Source: Spirochaetota bacterium
GTDB taxonomy: Bacteria > Spirochaetota > UBA4802 > UBA5550
NCBI GenBank assembly: GCA_963664815.2
Contig: CAXXHB010000003.1
Span: forward strand, 1,120,001 to 1,184,000
Reading direction: 5' to 3'
Length of the DNA stretch: 64,000 bases
This document shows positions 1 to 9,412 of the stretch, piece after piece (the first letter of the stretch is position 1; each line of letters starts with the position of its first letter). The notes beneath the pieces are model-generated. The model ran no database searches. It saw only the letters and a program-made list of their open reading frames with translations, and was not told where the DNA came from. The translations under genes were made by a program, and so were the position numbers.

Positions 1-36
1 ATCAAAGGGGTTAGAGAGAAAGGATTCCTCAAATTG

Positions 37-687
37 TTATGCCTGTGTATAAATGGTAACACTCCCTATCACCATCAGCAGATGTAAAAGGGCCCCTGCG
101 TTTACAAATACATGGAACACTTCATGAAATCCCATATATGGCGGGAGTGGATTAGGCTTTTTAAATGCATAGACAAGCGCTCCGAGAGTATATGAAATTC
201 CGCCGGCGATAAGGAGCATTAGTATACCTGACGGCATTACTGCAATCATCGATTTAAACGGTATCACTACAACCCAGCCCATCATCAGATATATCATGGT
301 ACTGATTTTACGGTGTGCATTGGTGAAGAAGCTTATGTAAATTCCTGACAGTACAAGTAACCACTGTGCAATAAGAATCCCTCTCATCATGGTACCCTGA
401 AGATAGAGAAAACACATGGGGGTATAGGTGCCGGCGATCAGCAGGAAGATTGCCGAGCGGTCAAGTTTACGCCATACTGTTCTTTCATTTTCACTTTTTT
501 TCTTGGCGTGGTAAAGAAAACTGGCGGTGAAAAGCAGTGTCGCAGAGATGCCATAGACCAGAGAAAAGAACTGAAGGGTAAGGTTTTTTCCTGCAAGGAC
601 AGCCAGGACAACTGTTCCTGTAACCATGACGGGTATTAATGCTCCATGAGAATAGGCTGATACTTTTTCACTCTTTAAAATGTTCAT
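37..687 (-). CDS. Hemolysin III / PAQR family membrane protein (TrhA-like)
   Basis: About 7 hydrophobic segments; motifs SAYSH, SFLYH, KLDRSAIFLLIAGTYTP, GFHEVFHVFV. Confidence 0.9.
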   Translation of the reverse strand: MNILKSEKVSAYSHGALIPVMVTGTVVLAVLAGKNLTLQFFSLVYGISATLLFTASFLYHAKKKSENERTVWRKLDRSAIFLLIAGTYTPMCFLYLQGTMMRGILIAQWLLVLSGIYISFFTNAHRKISTMIYLMMGWVVVIPFKSMIAVMPSGILMLLIAGGISYTLGALVYAFKKPNPLPPYMGFHEVFHVFVNAGALLHLLMVIGSVTIYTQA

Positions 688-771
688 TTTCAGGCTCCGG
701 GGGATATTTTTTCAGTATTATTGCATACAACGACAGTTATAATGAATTAAAGTTGCAAAAATACTGAAATG

Positions 772-815
772 ACCGGATAATCAAGCATTTTTATAAAAAT
801 GCTTGATTATCCGGT
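772..815. repeat. 44-bp perfect palindrome between divergent genes
   Basis: accggataatcaagcattttta|taaaaatgcttgattatccggt equals its own reverse complement, with no loop. Confidence 0.95.
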
Positions 816-889
816 GAGATGTCAGATATTTAAACACCATAATAGCTATTAATATATAAAAGGTACGCAATTAAATCATAAAACACCTT

Positions 890-1816
890 ATGGAAATTGA
901 AGAGAGCGTTAACAGAAAAAAATATATCGAGAGGATCAACAGGTCGCTTGATTATATAGATACACATATCAGCGATGAAATAAGGGTTGAAGATCTGGCT
1001 CAGGCCGCATCTTTTTCCCAGTTTCATTTTCACAGGATATTCTGCGCTATAATTGGTGAAACACCTGATAATTATGTAAGAAGAATAAGGCTGGAATATG
1101 CCGCCAGTCTTATGTTTAAAAACAGGTTAATCAGTATAACAGATGCCGCAATGCGTTCAGGTTTTTCAACTCCTGCTCTCTTTTCAAGAAATTTTAAAAA
1201 ACACTTCGGTCTCCCGCCATCTTTGTGGTTAAAAAGCAGGATCAGACAAAACAAAAGCAATATTAGACAAATTGAAAGCAGGAATAGGAATGCGCAGACA
1301 ACGACAGGTGCAGTACATATAACCGGTAAAGGGTACAGGGAGGAGCTGTCGGTAAAAGTAATAAGGATAAATCCCTTTCAGGTGGCTTTTGTAAGGCACT
1401 TATACGGCTATAACAGGGGAATCAGAACGGCGTATTTGAAACTGTTCAGGTGGCTGTCGATAAGAGGTATGGTTACACCTGAAACAAGAATTATAGGGAT
1501 ACCGATGGACAACCCTTACATAACATCGCCGGAAAAATGCAGATATTATGCGGCTGCTTCAATTTCAGATATGGTCGATCCGGCGGGCGAGGTGGGAGTA
1601 ATGGATATCGCGGGGGGTATTTATGCTGTCGCGAGATTCAGTGGCAAATACGGGATGATAAAAGATTTCGACGAGAGATTGTACGGGGAATGGCTTCCGG
1701 ACAGCGGTTATGAACCGGTCGACGCCTTTACCTTCATGGTCTATCTGAAGAAGCCCGAACAGGGCGGTGAACTTCTTCATGAGTTTGACCAGTATATTCC
1801 TGTTAAACCGATGTAG
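890..1816 (+). CDS. AraC-family regulator with C-terminal GyrI-like ligand-binding domain
   Basis: N-terminal double HTH (LAQAASFSQFHFHRIF...GFSTPALFSRNFKKHFG); C-terminal GyrI-like DNPYITSPEKCRY...WLPDSGYEP. Confidence 0.93.
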   Translation: MEIEESVNRKKYIERINRSLDYIDTHISDEIRVEDLAQAASFSQFHFHRIFCAIIGETPDNYVRRIRLEYAASLMFKNRLISITDAAMRSGFSTPALFSRNFKKHFGLPPSLWLKSRIRQNKSNIRQIESRNRNAQTTTGAVHITGKGYREELSVKVIRINPFQVAFVRHLYGYNRGIRTAYLKLFRWLSIRGMVTPETRIIGIPMDNPYITSPEKCRYYAAASISDMVDPAGEVGVMDIAGGIYAVARFSGKYGMIKDFDERLYGEWLPDSGYEPVDAFTFMVYLKKPEQGGELLHEFDQYIPVKPM

Positions 1817-1870
1817 CTTTCCAACTCCTTCTTTATTCCTGACACAACAGAACATCTGCCGGAGGAGTTA

Positions 1871-3451
1871 ATGTATTCGCATTTTTCAAAAAGAGAGATA
1901 CGCCTTGTAATGACAGGGCTTGCTATCGGGGTTCTCATCTCATCGCTTAACAGCACAATAGTAGGGACATCTATGCCGGTCATAGCAAGAGAGCTTGATG
2001 GTATTGAACTCTACTCGTGGCCTTTTACTCTCTATATGCTTTTTTCCACGATATCTATCCCGGTATCGGCAAAGCTGTCCGACATCATGGGGCATAAAAA
2101 AATATTTGCGGGGGGTGTTATAATTTTCATTATTTCATCTCTCCTGTGTTCAATATCGGGAAGTATGATACAGCTTATCCTTTTCCGCGGCATCCAGGGT
2201 ATCGGGGGTGGAGTAATAGTATCAAATGCTTTTGTAATAGTAAATGATATGTTCCCGCCGGGTAAAGCGGGTAAATACATAGGGTATATTGTATCTATGT
2301 ACGGGCTGTCCAGTATAATCGGACCCGTTGCCGGTGGATTTATTGCCGGGAGTTTTTCATGGCGATGGGTATTCCTGGTCAATATACCGCTGGGGATTAC
2401 TTCACTGGCTATCATACTTGTTTCATTCAACTCGCAAAGTGACAAAATCAGCAATTCCGGATTCGATATTGCAGGGACCGCGGCATTTATTTTTACACTT
2501 GTTCCAGCGCTTTTTGCATTTTCTGTTGCCGGACGTGAGTATGCCTGGGACTCCCCGGTTATAATTTCAATGATAGCGGTGTCGGTACTCTCTCTCCCGG
2601 TTTTTCTCCGCATTGAATCATCTGCGGACAATCCTCTTATTCCTTTATTCCTGTTCCGGAGAAGAGCATTCGCAGTCTCAGTCACCGGAGGTTTTTTATC
2701 CTATGCTGTTTTTTCGGGCGGAATTATGTTTATTCCTTTATACCTGCAGAGTGTGATGAAGATCAGACCTGTAATATCGGGTCTCTGCCTTATGCCGATG
2801 ACCTTGACTTTTATCTGCTCGGCAATTATATCCGGCAGAAGAATATCGGTAACCGGAAAATATAGAAACCGCTTTATAATAAGCTTTATATTCGCAACCC
2901 TTGGTGCTGTACTGTTATTTAATGTAAATCCAGGTTCTTCGCTGTTTTATATTATATTATCAGTTTTTCTGATCGGTTCCGGACTGGGTATGAACACTCC
3001 GATACAGAATATTGCAGGGCGGGCCGGTTTTGAAAGAAGACATTCAGGCACGGTAACATCGACAATACAGCTGTTCCGCAATACGGGGAGCGTATCGGGT
3101 GCAGCTTTTTTCGGTTCCATAATGAGCGTTAAGCTTGCCGGTGGCATGAAATCGATCGACATGACTTCAGTCCCATCTTCTGTAGCATGTATTGTAGGGA
3201 ATCCGTATACAATGATGAATCCCAGACTTATGCAGCTTCTCAGGGGAAGACTCCCGGGAAGCATGGCTGAAGCATTTGATAAAATGCTCGGTTCGTTTAC
3301 AGGTATATTCGCATCGTCAGTGCATTGTGTTTTTTCCGCAATGGTTTTCATTTCAATTGCCGGGCTTATCGTGTCATTCTTTATGGAAGAGATCCCGCTT
3401 AAATCATATGACTATATTCAAAAAGAAATGAATCAAAAGGAAAAGAATTAA
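1871..3451 (+). CDS. MFS drug:H+ antiporter, DHA2 (EmrB/QacA) family
   Basis: About 14 TM segments; LNSTIVGTSMP, RGIQGIGGG, GPVAGG, WRWVFLVNIPLG. Confidence 0.92.
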   Translation: MYSHFSKREIRLVMTGLAIGVLISSLNSTIVGTSMPVIARELDGIELYSWPFTLYMLFSTISIPVSAKLSDIMGHKKIFAGGVIIFIISSLLCSISGSMIQLILFRGIQGIGGGVIVSNAFVIVNDMFPPGKAGKYIGYIVSMYGLSSIIGPVAGGFIAGSFSWRWVFLVNIPLGITSLAIILVSFNSQSDKISNSGFDIAGTAAFIFTLVPALFAFSVAGREYAWDSPVIISMIAVSVLSLPVFLRIESSADNPLIPLFLFRRRAFAVSVTGGFLSYAVFSGGIMFIPLYLQSVMKIRPVISGLCLMPMTLTFICSAIISGRRISVTGKYRNRFIISFIFATLGAVLLFNVNPGSSLFYIILSVFLIGSGLGMNTPIQNIAGRAGFERRHSGTVTSTIQLFRNTGSVSGAAFFGSIMSVKLAGGMKSIDMTSVPSSVACIVGNPYTMMNPRLMQLLRGRLPGSMAEAFDKMLGSFTGIFASSVHCVFSAMVFISIAGLIVSFFMEEIPLKSYDYIQKEMNQKEKN

Positions 3452-3490
3452 TAAAAGGGAAAGGAATTAATAAAAAGGGGGTGGAATCTT

Positions 3491-4006
3491 ATGAAGGCAT
3501 TAATTACATACCTGTCGCAGACAGGAAATACAAAAAAAGTTGCAGAGACAATATATAATGAAATAATCTGCGATAAAGATATAATGGAAATGAAAGACGT
3601 AAACTGCGTGGAGGGATATGATATTATTTTTGCAGGATTCCCTGTCTGGCAGTCCGGACCCGCTGAACCTGCAGCGAATTTTCTGAATGCCCATTCACTA
3701 AAAGTCAAATTCGCCCTCTTCGTTACTCACTCCATGCCGTACGAGGCTGAGACGCACGATGAACAGAAACTGCTGACATCTGTTTTAAATAAATGCAGGG
3801 GATGTGTTGCTGATGAAAACCTCTCGGGCTTCTTTCATTGCAGAGGAGAGCTTGCCGGAAATATTGCTGAATTTCTCTTAAAGAGCAATGATCAGAGACT
3901 CATTCAGTTTGGAAAGAGCAGAGAGAATACGGTTGGTCATCCTGATGAAGATGAACTGGAGGTTGCCCGTATTTTTGCAAGAGATGTAATGAGCCGCTTG
4001 TTATAA
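3491..4006 (+). CDS. Flavodoxin-like protein
   Basis: FMN-binding loop YLSQTGNTKKVA; C-terminal GHPDEDEL. Confidence 0.85.
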   Translation: MKALITYLSQTGNTKKVAETIYNEIICDKDIMEMKDVNCVEGYDIIFAGFPVWQSGPAEPAANFLNAHSLKVKFALFVTHSMPYEAETHDEQKLLTSVLNKCRGCVADENLSGFFHCRGELAGNIAEFLLKSNDQRLIQFGKSRENTVGHPDEDELEVARIFARDVMSRLL

Positions 4007-4236
4007 TCAGTTCAATGAAGGTATCAGGTGATTAATTTGAAATAAGTAATACTTTTTAATATATTTAATAAATATAAACGACTATATATCTTCGTCTCTT
4101 TTAGTGGAGGATATGTAGGGATTTCTATATTATAAAAAAAAGTAATAATTATTGATCTGAAATAAAAAATGTCATGTCGGGGATGCTGATTTATTATGGT
4201 TAAGGGACAACCAATAAAAATTATGCTGAAAAATCA

Positions 4237-4278
4237 TTGACATGTTTAACTGTATAAGTTAATTAACCGGTTAATTAA
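4237..4278 (+). promoter_or_regulatory. Sigma70-type -35 (TTGACA) with a 20-bp palindromic operator over the -10 region of the RND gene
   Basis: TTGACA at 4237-4242; perfect palindrome ttaattaaccggttaattaa at 4259-4278, ending 13 bp before the ATG. Confidence 0.65.
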
Positions 4279-4291
4279 ATGAAGGTATTAT

Positions 4292-7200
4292 ATGAATATT
4301 GCTAGATTATCTATTAAAAGACCAATATTTATGGCATGTATTGTCATCCTGCTTATGGTCATCGGTTTTATAAGTTTTAAGAGACTTGGCGTCGATATAT
4401 TCCCGCCGATTGACTTTCCGGTTGTTGTTGTAATGACAACCTACTCCGGCACTTCACCGGAAGAGATTGAAAAGCTTATAACCAAACCTATTGAAGAGCA
4501 GGTAAGCACCATAGCAGGTATCAAAAGGCTCTCGTCAAGAAACCTGGAGGGTGTTTCAATAGTTGTGGCGGAATTCACTTTTGAGACGGATGTAAAATTC
4601 GCTGTACAGAATATGAGGGAGAAGGTTGCCCTCGCAAGAAATCAGCTCCCGGACGATCTTGAGGATGATCCTGTAGTCAGGCAGTTCGATTTCACAGATG
4701 TTCCCGTTTTAACCTTTGCTTTTGTATCTGATCTGCCTCCTGCCAAGATGTACGACATGGCGAATGAAAAAATAAAACCTATTCTTGAACAGGTTGAGGG
4801 GGTTGGAGAGGTTCGTATTTCCGGCGGTACAAGGAGAGAGATACGAGTTGAACTTGACAGAGAAAAACTGAATGAATACCAGATATCGACTCTTACTGTG
4901 GCAAGCAGGCTCGGCAATTCCGGTGTAAATGTCCCGGTGGGACGCTACGAGGAAAACAGTAACCTTACAGTTTTCAGAACAATCGGTGAGTTTAAGACTC
5001 TTGATCAGCTCCGGAACACTGTTGTACAGTTTTCCGGTGATTCTAATAATCCCACAACTGTAAAAAGTCTGGGAGAAGTACGTGACGGAACCGTAGACCC
5101 CACTACAATGGCATTTCTTTATTACCCGGTGTCCGATCAGGGTACTGCCGACAAGACTAAAGTTAAAAAGAAAAATAACAAGGATATTAAAAGGGAAACC
5201 AGGTCGTGCCTTATTCTAGATGTCTTCAAACAGTCTGGCGCTAATACAGTAGCGGTTGCTGACGGAATTATGAAAAGAATTCCGGCTGTCAACACCATAG
5301 CCGCGAAGGGTGAAGGGAATTCAAAGATAATATTCGTATACGATATGGCCAAGTATATCAGAAGCAATATAGACGACGTCAAGGAGACCATGTTCATCGG
5401 GATAATACTTGCCGTTCTTGTTGTTTATCTTTTTCTCGGGAATGTCCGTTCTACAATTATTACAGGGATTGCAATACCGAACTCGCTTCTTGGAGCTTTT
5501 ATACTTATGTATTTTATGGGTTTTACTGTAAATATAATGTCGCTCCTTGCCCTTTCTCTTACGGTAGGTCTTCTTGTTGATGATGCCATTGTAGTCCGGG
5601 AGAATATCTTCCGGAAAATTGAACACGGGATGAAGCCGATGGAGGCAGCCGAGAAGGGAACGATAGAGGTAATGCTGGCGGTTATCGCTACATCACTAAC
5701 TATCATAGCCGTATTTCTCCCTATCGGTTTTCTTGAAGGTATAATAGGGAGGTTCTTCAAACAGTTCGGTCTTACGGTCGTATTTGCAATGATGATAAGC
5801 CTTTTTGATGCGCTTACAATAGCGCCTCTTCTGAGCGCGTATTTTGCAGGAACCAAAGGGAAGGCCACTAACATTATTGTCACCGCTTTTGACAGGTTTC
5901 AGACTTGGCTTGAGAGAAAGTATAAAACAATAATAGGATTTTCACTTGATCATCCGCTTGTAATCGTTGCAATAACAAGCGTGGTTTTCTTCGGCAGTCT
6001 CGTGGCATGTGGAGCTGTAAAGAAAACTTTTCAACCCGACCCGGATGAAGGTGAATACAATCTTAATATTGAAGTCAATCCCGGAACCTCGCTTGAGGGG
6101 ACAAATATTGTGGCGCAGAAGATTGCCGAAAAGATCAGAACAATTCCGGAACTTAACTATATGACAATTCAGATAGGAACAGGTCAGGCTGGTTATAACA
6201 AGGCGAGTTTCGGAATATTCATGGTTCCCGCGAAAGAGAGAAAAAGAACAACAGCCGAACTGAAAGAAGTTCTGCGTGATATGATGAAAGAATTTGCCTA
6301 TGCCAAACCATCGGTGGATAATTATACCCGGGCAGGTGGCGGCGGAGGAAGCAATAAGCCGTATATGCTCGTCATCAAAGGAGAGGATCTCAATCAGCTT
6401 AATGAGTATTCTACAAAGCTTACAGAAAAGCTTAAAGCTATAAAAGACCTGACAGAGGTTAAAACAAGTATTGAGGAGGGTGTTCCTGAACTCCAGGTAA
6501 CAATGGATGAAAAGAAAATGCTCATGGCGGGTGTAAACAATAAAACAGCAGGAACCGAGCTGCGTTACCAGATTGAAGGCGCTGTTGCAGGGAAGTTCAG
6601 GGATAATGGACTTGAGTATGATATAAGGGTAAGGCTTAAACCTGGTCAGCGGGATCTCAGGTCAGGCTTCAACGTTACCAAGGTGCCAAATATGCAGAAC
6701 AGGCAGATCCCGCTCAACGCTGTTGCTACCGGAAAGAAGGGGACAGGGCCATCAATTATTCTCAGGCAGGACAGGGCAAGGGCGGTACAGATAAGCGCTA
6801 ACCTGAACAAGGGGGGAGCTATCGGGACAGCCATTGACAGAACAAAAGAGATAATTGAAAAGGAAATGCCTCTGCCGGATGGTGTTACATACAGTTTTAT
6901 AGGTCAGGCAGACAGTTTCCAGGATATGATAAAAAACATCGTAGTGGCATTTATACTTTCAATAACATTTATATACCTTGTACTTTCGAGTCTGTATGAA
7001 TCATTTATTACACCTTTTACTATTCTGCTGGCACTTCCCCCTGCTCTCTCAGGAGCGGTATTCTCACTTTTCCTTACAGGAAAGATGCTGGATATGTACA
7101 GTATGATCGGTATTATTATGCTCCTTGGACTTGTAACAAAGAATTCAATTCTTCTTGTGGACTTTGCACTGCAGAGTGTTCGTGAAGGGATGACGAGGAA

Positions 7201-7450
7201 GGAGGCTGTTATGCAGGCAGGTCTTGTAAGGCTCCGTCCCATTCTTATGACAACATTTGCGATGCTGGCAGGCACACTGCCTGTGGCAATTGGCGCAGGT
7301 GAGGCTGCCAAGTACAGGACAGGTATGGGTGTTGCAATAATGGGGGGTCTCATTATTTCTACGATGATAACGCTTGTAGTTGTTCCTGCGGTTTTTGAAT
7401 ATATAGACATTTTCAGGGAGAAGGTAGAAAGCAAGTTCAGGCCGGAATAA
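4292..7450 (+). CDS. RND efflux transporter permease (AcrB/AcrD/AcrF family)
   Basis: 1052 aa; GLLVDDAIVVREN, KNSILLVDF, RLRPILMTT motifs. Confidence 0.95.
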   Translation: MNIARLSIKRPIFMACIVILLMVIGFISFKRLGVDIFPPIDFPVVVVMTTYSGTSPEEIEKLITKPIEEQVSTIAGIKRLSSRNLEGVSIVVAEFTFETDVKFAVQNMREKVALARNQLPDDLEDDPVVRQFDFTDVPVLTFAFVSDLPPAKMYDMANEKIKPILEQVEGVGEVRISGGTRREIRVELDREKLNEYQISTLTVASRLGNSGVNVPVGRYEENSNLTVFRTIGEFKTLDQLRNTVVQFSGDSNNPTTVKSLGEVRDGTVDPTTMAFLYYPVSDQGTADKTKVKKKNNKDIKRETRSCLILDVFKQSGANTVAVADGIMKRIPAVNTIAAKGEGNSKIIFVYDMAKYIRSNIDDVKETMFIGIILAVLVVYLFLGNVRSTIITGIAIPNSLLGAFILMYFMGFTVNIMSLLALSLTVGLLVDDAIVVRENIFRKIEHGMKPMEAAEKGTIEVMLAVIATSLTIIAVFLPIGFLEGIIGRFFKQFGLTVVFAMMISLFDALTIAPLLSAYFAGTKGKATNIIVTAFDRFQTWLERKYKTIIGFSLDHPLVIVAITSVVFFGSLVACGAVKKTFQPDPDEGEYNLNIEVNPGTSLEGTNIVAQKIAEKIRTIPELNYMTIQIGTGQAGYNKASFGIFMVPAKERKRTTAELKEVLRDMMKEFAYAKPSVDNYTRAGGGGGSNKPYMLVIKGEDLNQLNEYSTKLTEKLKAIKDLTEVKTSIEEGVPELQVTMDEKKMLMAGVNNKTAGTELRYQIEGAVAGKFRDNGLEYDIRVRLKPGQRDLRSGFNVTKVPNMQNRQIPLNAVATGKKGTGPSIILRQDRARAVQISANLNKGGAIGTAIDRTKEIIEKEMPLPDGVTYSFIGQADSFQDMIKNIVVAFILSITFIYLVLSSLYESFITPFTILLALPPALSGAVFSLFLTGKMLDMYSMIGIIMLLGLVTKNSILLVDFALQSVREGMTRKEAVMQAGLVRLRPILMTTFAMLAGTLPVAIGAGEAAKYRTGMGVAIMGGLIISTMITLVVVPAVFEYIDIFREKVESKFRPE

Positions 7451-7470
7451 AATACTGAAGATGCTGAGGT

Positions 7471-7500
7471 AAAGCAGCCGGATTTTCTCCGGCTGTTTTT
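7471..7500. terminator. Bidirectional intrinsic terminator between convergent genes
   Basis: aaag-cagccgga-ttttc-tccggctg-ttttt. Confidence 0.8.
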
Positions 7501-7514
7501 ATTTCTGCATAAAA

Positions 7515-8363
7515 CTAATATCTCTGTATGTACTCAATCATGGCACGACCTGCTTTTTCACTGTGAGTTTCCATGTTGCTTTCGAATTCTATGTAACTGG
7601 AATAGGGCATGATTTTTATCATGCGCTTAATATCCTCTGTCTCGTGAAGAGTATCTGTTTTTGCATCAATAATAAGGCAGGGAACAGTAATTTTTTCTAT
7701 GCTGTCCCATAATGAGTAATTTTTAATAGCAAGTGCATTGGCTTTAAGTTTGTACGGATCTGCGCAATCCAGTGTTTTTTCATACTTTTCAACCTGCTCC
7801 CGGCTGTTTTTCTTATCCACCCTGAAATTACGAAGATACCATTTTATTACAGGTTTAAACGTAAAGTATATGGCTGGATGAACTGCCGGTATTATCATGC
7901 TTAGAAATCCCGGAAACCTGATTTCAGCGTTTGGCCCGATGAGTATAGCAGATAAAGGGGACCTTTTCCCTGATGCGCAGTATTCGAGAATTGCGGATGC
8001 GCCAAGTGAACTCCCCGCGAGAACATACTTCCCTGAAGGGGGTATGACTTTTTCTATGACCTCGCCTATATCGAGCGTAAGCCGTTTCATGGCGAAGCTG
8101 ACCTTTTTTACGTCAGGAACTATGGATGACTGCTTTTCCCTTGATTCAAGGTAGAAAACCCTGTATTCGGAGGTAAGAGTTTTCAGAACGCCCCTCCAGC
8201 CTGAGATAAGTGAAATCCACCCTGCAGCAAAGATTATAACAGGTTTCTCCGGGGGGATATTCTGCGGCATGAAATCGATAATTTTCAGTGAAACTCCGTC
8301 GGAAATTTCCAGCATATATTCTTTAACGGTTGTTGAACTGTCGGTATATTGTGAATAATCCAT
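7515..8363 (-). CDS. Alpha/beta hydrolase fold protein
   Basis: Nucleophile elbow GSSLG; candidate Asp (KTDTLH) and His (ETHS). Confidence 0.85.
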   Translation of the reverse strand: MDYSQYTDSSTTVKEYMLEISDGVSLKIIDFMPQNIPPEKPVIIFAAGWISLISGWRGVLKTLTSEYRVFYLESREKQSSIVPDVKKVSFAMKRLTLDIGEVIEKVIPPSGKYVLAGSSLGASAILEYCASGKRSPLSAILIGPNAEIRFPGFLSMIIPAVHPAIYFTFKPVIKWYLRNFRVDKKNSREQVEKYEKTLDCADPYKLKANALAIKNYSLWDSIEKITVPCLIIDAKTDTLHETEDIKRMIKIMPYSSYIEFESNMETHSEKAGRAMIEYIQRY

Positions 8364-8392
8364 TTATTTATCCAGGATATTTAATTTAACTG

Positions 8393-8421
8393 AGTTTAGG
8401 TATCAATTTATTTCAGGTCAA
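8393..8421 (-). promoter_or_regulatory. Sigma70-type promoter for the hydrolase
   Basis: Minus strand TTGACC-17bp-TAAACT. Confidence 0.6.
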
Positions 8422-8536
8422 TAAGAAAATTTTTGTTTTGCTGTATTATAGTAGTGCAATATTGGCAGGATGTATTTAATAATAAGGTATGTTTATTTTT
8501 CTGAAAGAAGATGCGGAAGTTAACCGGTGTAAAAAT

Positions 8537-8558
8537 CCGTCCCCTCATGAGGGGACGG
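8537..8558 (-). terminator. GC-rich palindrome, likely terminator of 8571..9119
   Basis: ccgtcccctca|tgaggggacgg, followed by ATTTTT on the minus strand, 12 bp after the stop. Confidence 0.65.
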
Positions 8559-8570
8559 GGCGGTATAGTA

Positions 8571-9119
8571 TTACCTCACTTCTGCAAGGTAGATTGTTCC
8601 TTTTATGGAATTGTCGTTAAAGTAGAAATCGGTTTTCTTTTCAACGATGTCGCTGTTTTTTGCTTCAAGCATTTCGGAAATTATCTGTTCATGCCTGTTT
8701 TTTGTGGAATCACCATTATACGGGAAGACTACACATGCATAGGCTGTATTCATTTTTATATTTCTGTCTGAATAATTCTTTTTAACAGCTTTCAGCTTTG
8801 CAATATCCTCTTTCATCGATTTTACTGTTAATGCAGTATCAGTGCCACTGTCATTTTCATTGATTACTTTGAGTTCAATTGCCCATTCATCTTCCACAAG
8901 AAGATCAAGCGCGTACTCTTTTTCGTTGAGTTTTACCTGCGCTTCCGGGATGATTTTTTTTCTGTTATAAGTCTCTTTTGCGATGGCACCGGCAAGTTCC
9001 ACCTGAAGCCAGTTTTCAAACTTAGAACTCTCTTTTGAAAATACCGCAAGTCCGTTTGAACCTTCAATCTTCACTTTAAGGTCTTTGTCTATTACGTTTT
9101 TTAGTTTTTTAAAATCCAT
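8571..9119 (-). CDS. Hypothetical protein, putative PD-(D/E)XK nuclease fold
   Basis: FENWLQVEL...PEAQV...LDLLV...AIELKV fits the E...D...ExK catalytic spacing; strong RBS GGAGGAGG. Confidence 0.6.
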   Translation of the reverse strand: MDFKKLKNVIDKDLKVKIEGSNGLAVFSKESSKFENWLQVELAGAIAKETYNRKKIIPEAQVKLNEKEYALDLLVEDEWAIELKVINENDSGTDTALTVKSMKEDIAKLKAVKKNYSDRNIKMNTAYACVVFPYNGDSTKNRHEQIISEMLEAKNSDIVEKKTDFYFNDNSIKGTIYLAEVR

Positions 9120-9412
9120 AAGATTTTGCCTCCTCCCTTGGACCGTCCTATTACCCCCCCCTGTAAATTCAAGTATTATTATGAATTTTTTCCATTGCTT
9201 TTAACTCTTATAACGATTAATAATATTTTTATATTGGTATTTGTCCCTTAATTTTTTTCATAGAAAAATATTATATCATCATACCACAAAGGCATGTGGA
9301 TGAAATAGTCTTCCCGGATCAGAAAAAAATAAAAAAAATATTTTTTAAGAACCGTTTTATTTATTAACCTGTCTACTATACATCAACAGATTACAGCCAA
9401 CGGAGAAAAACA

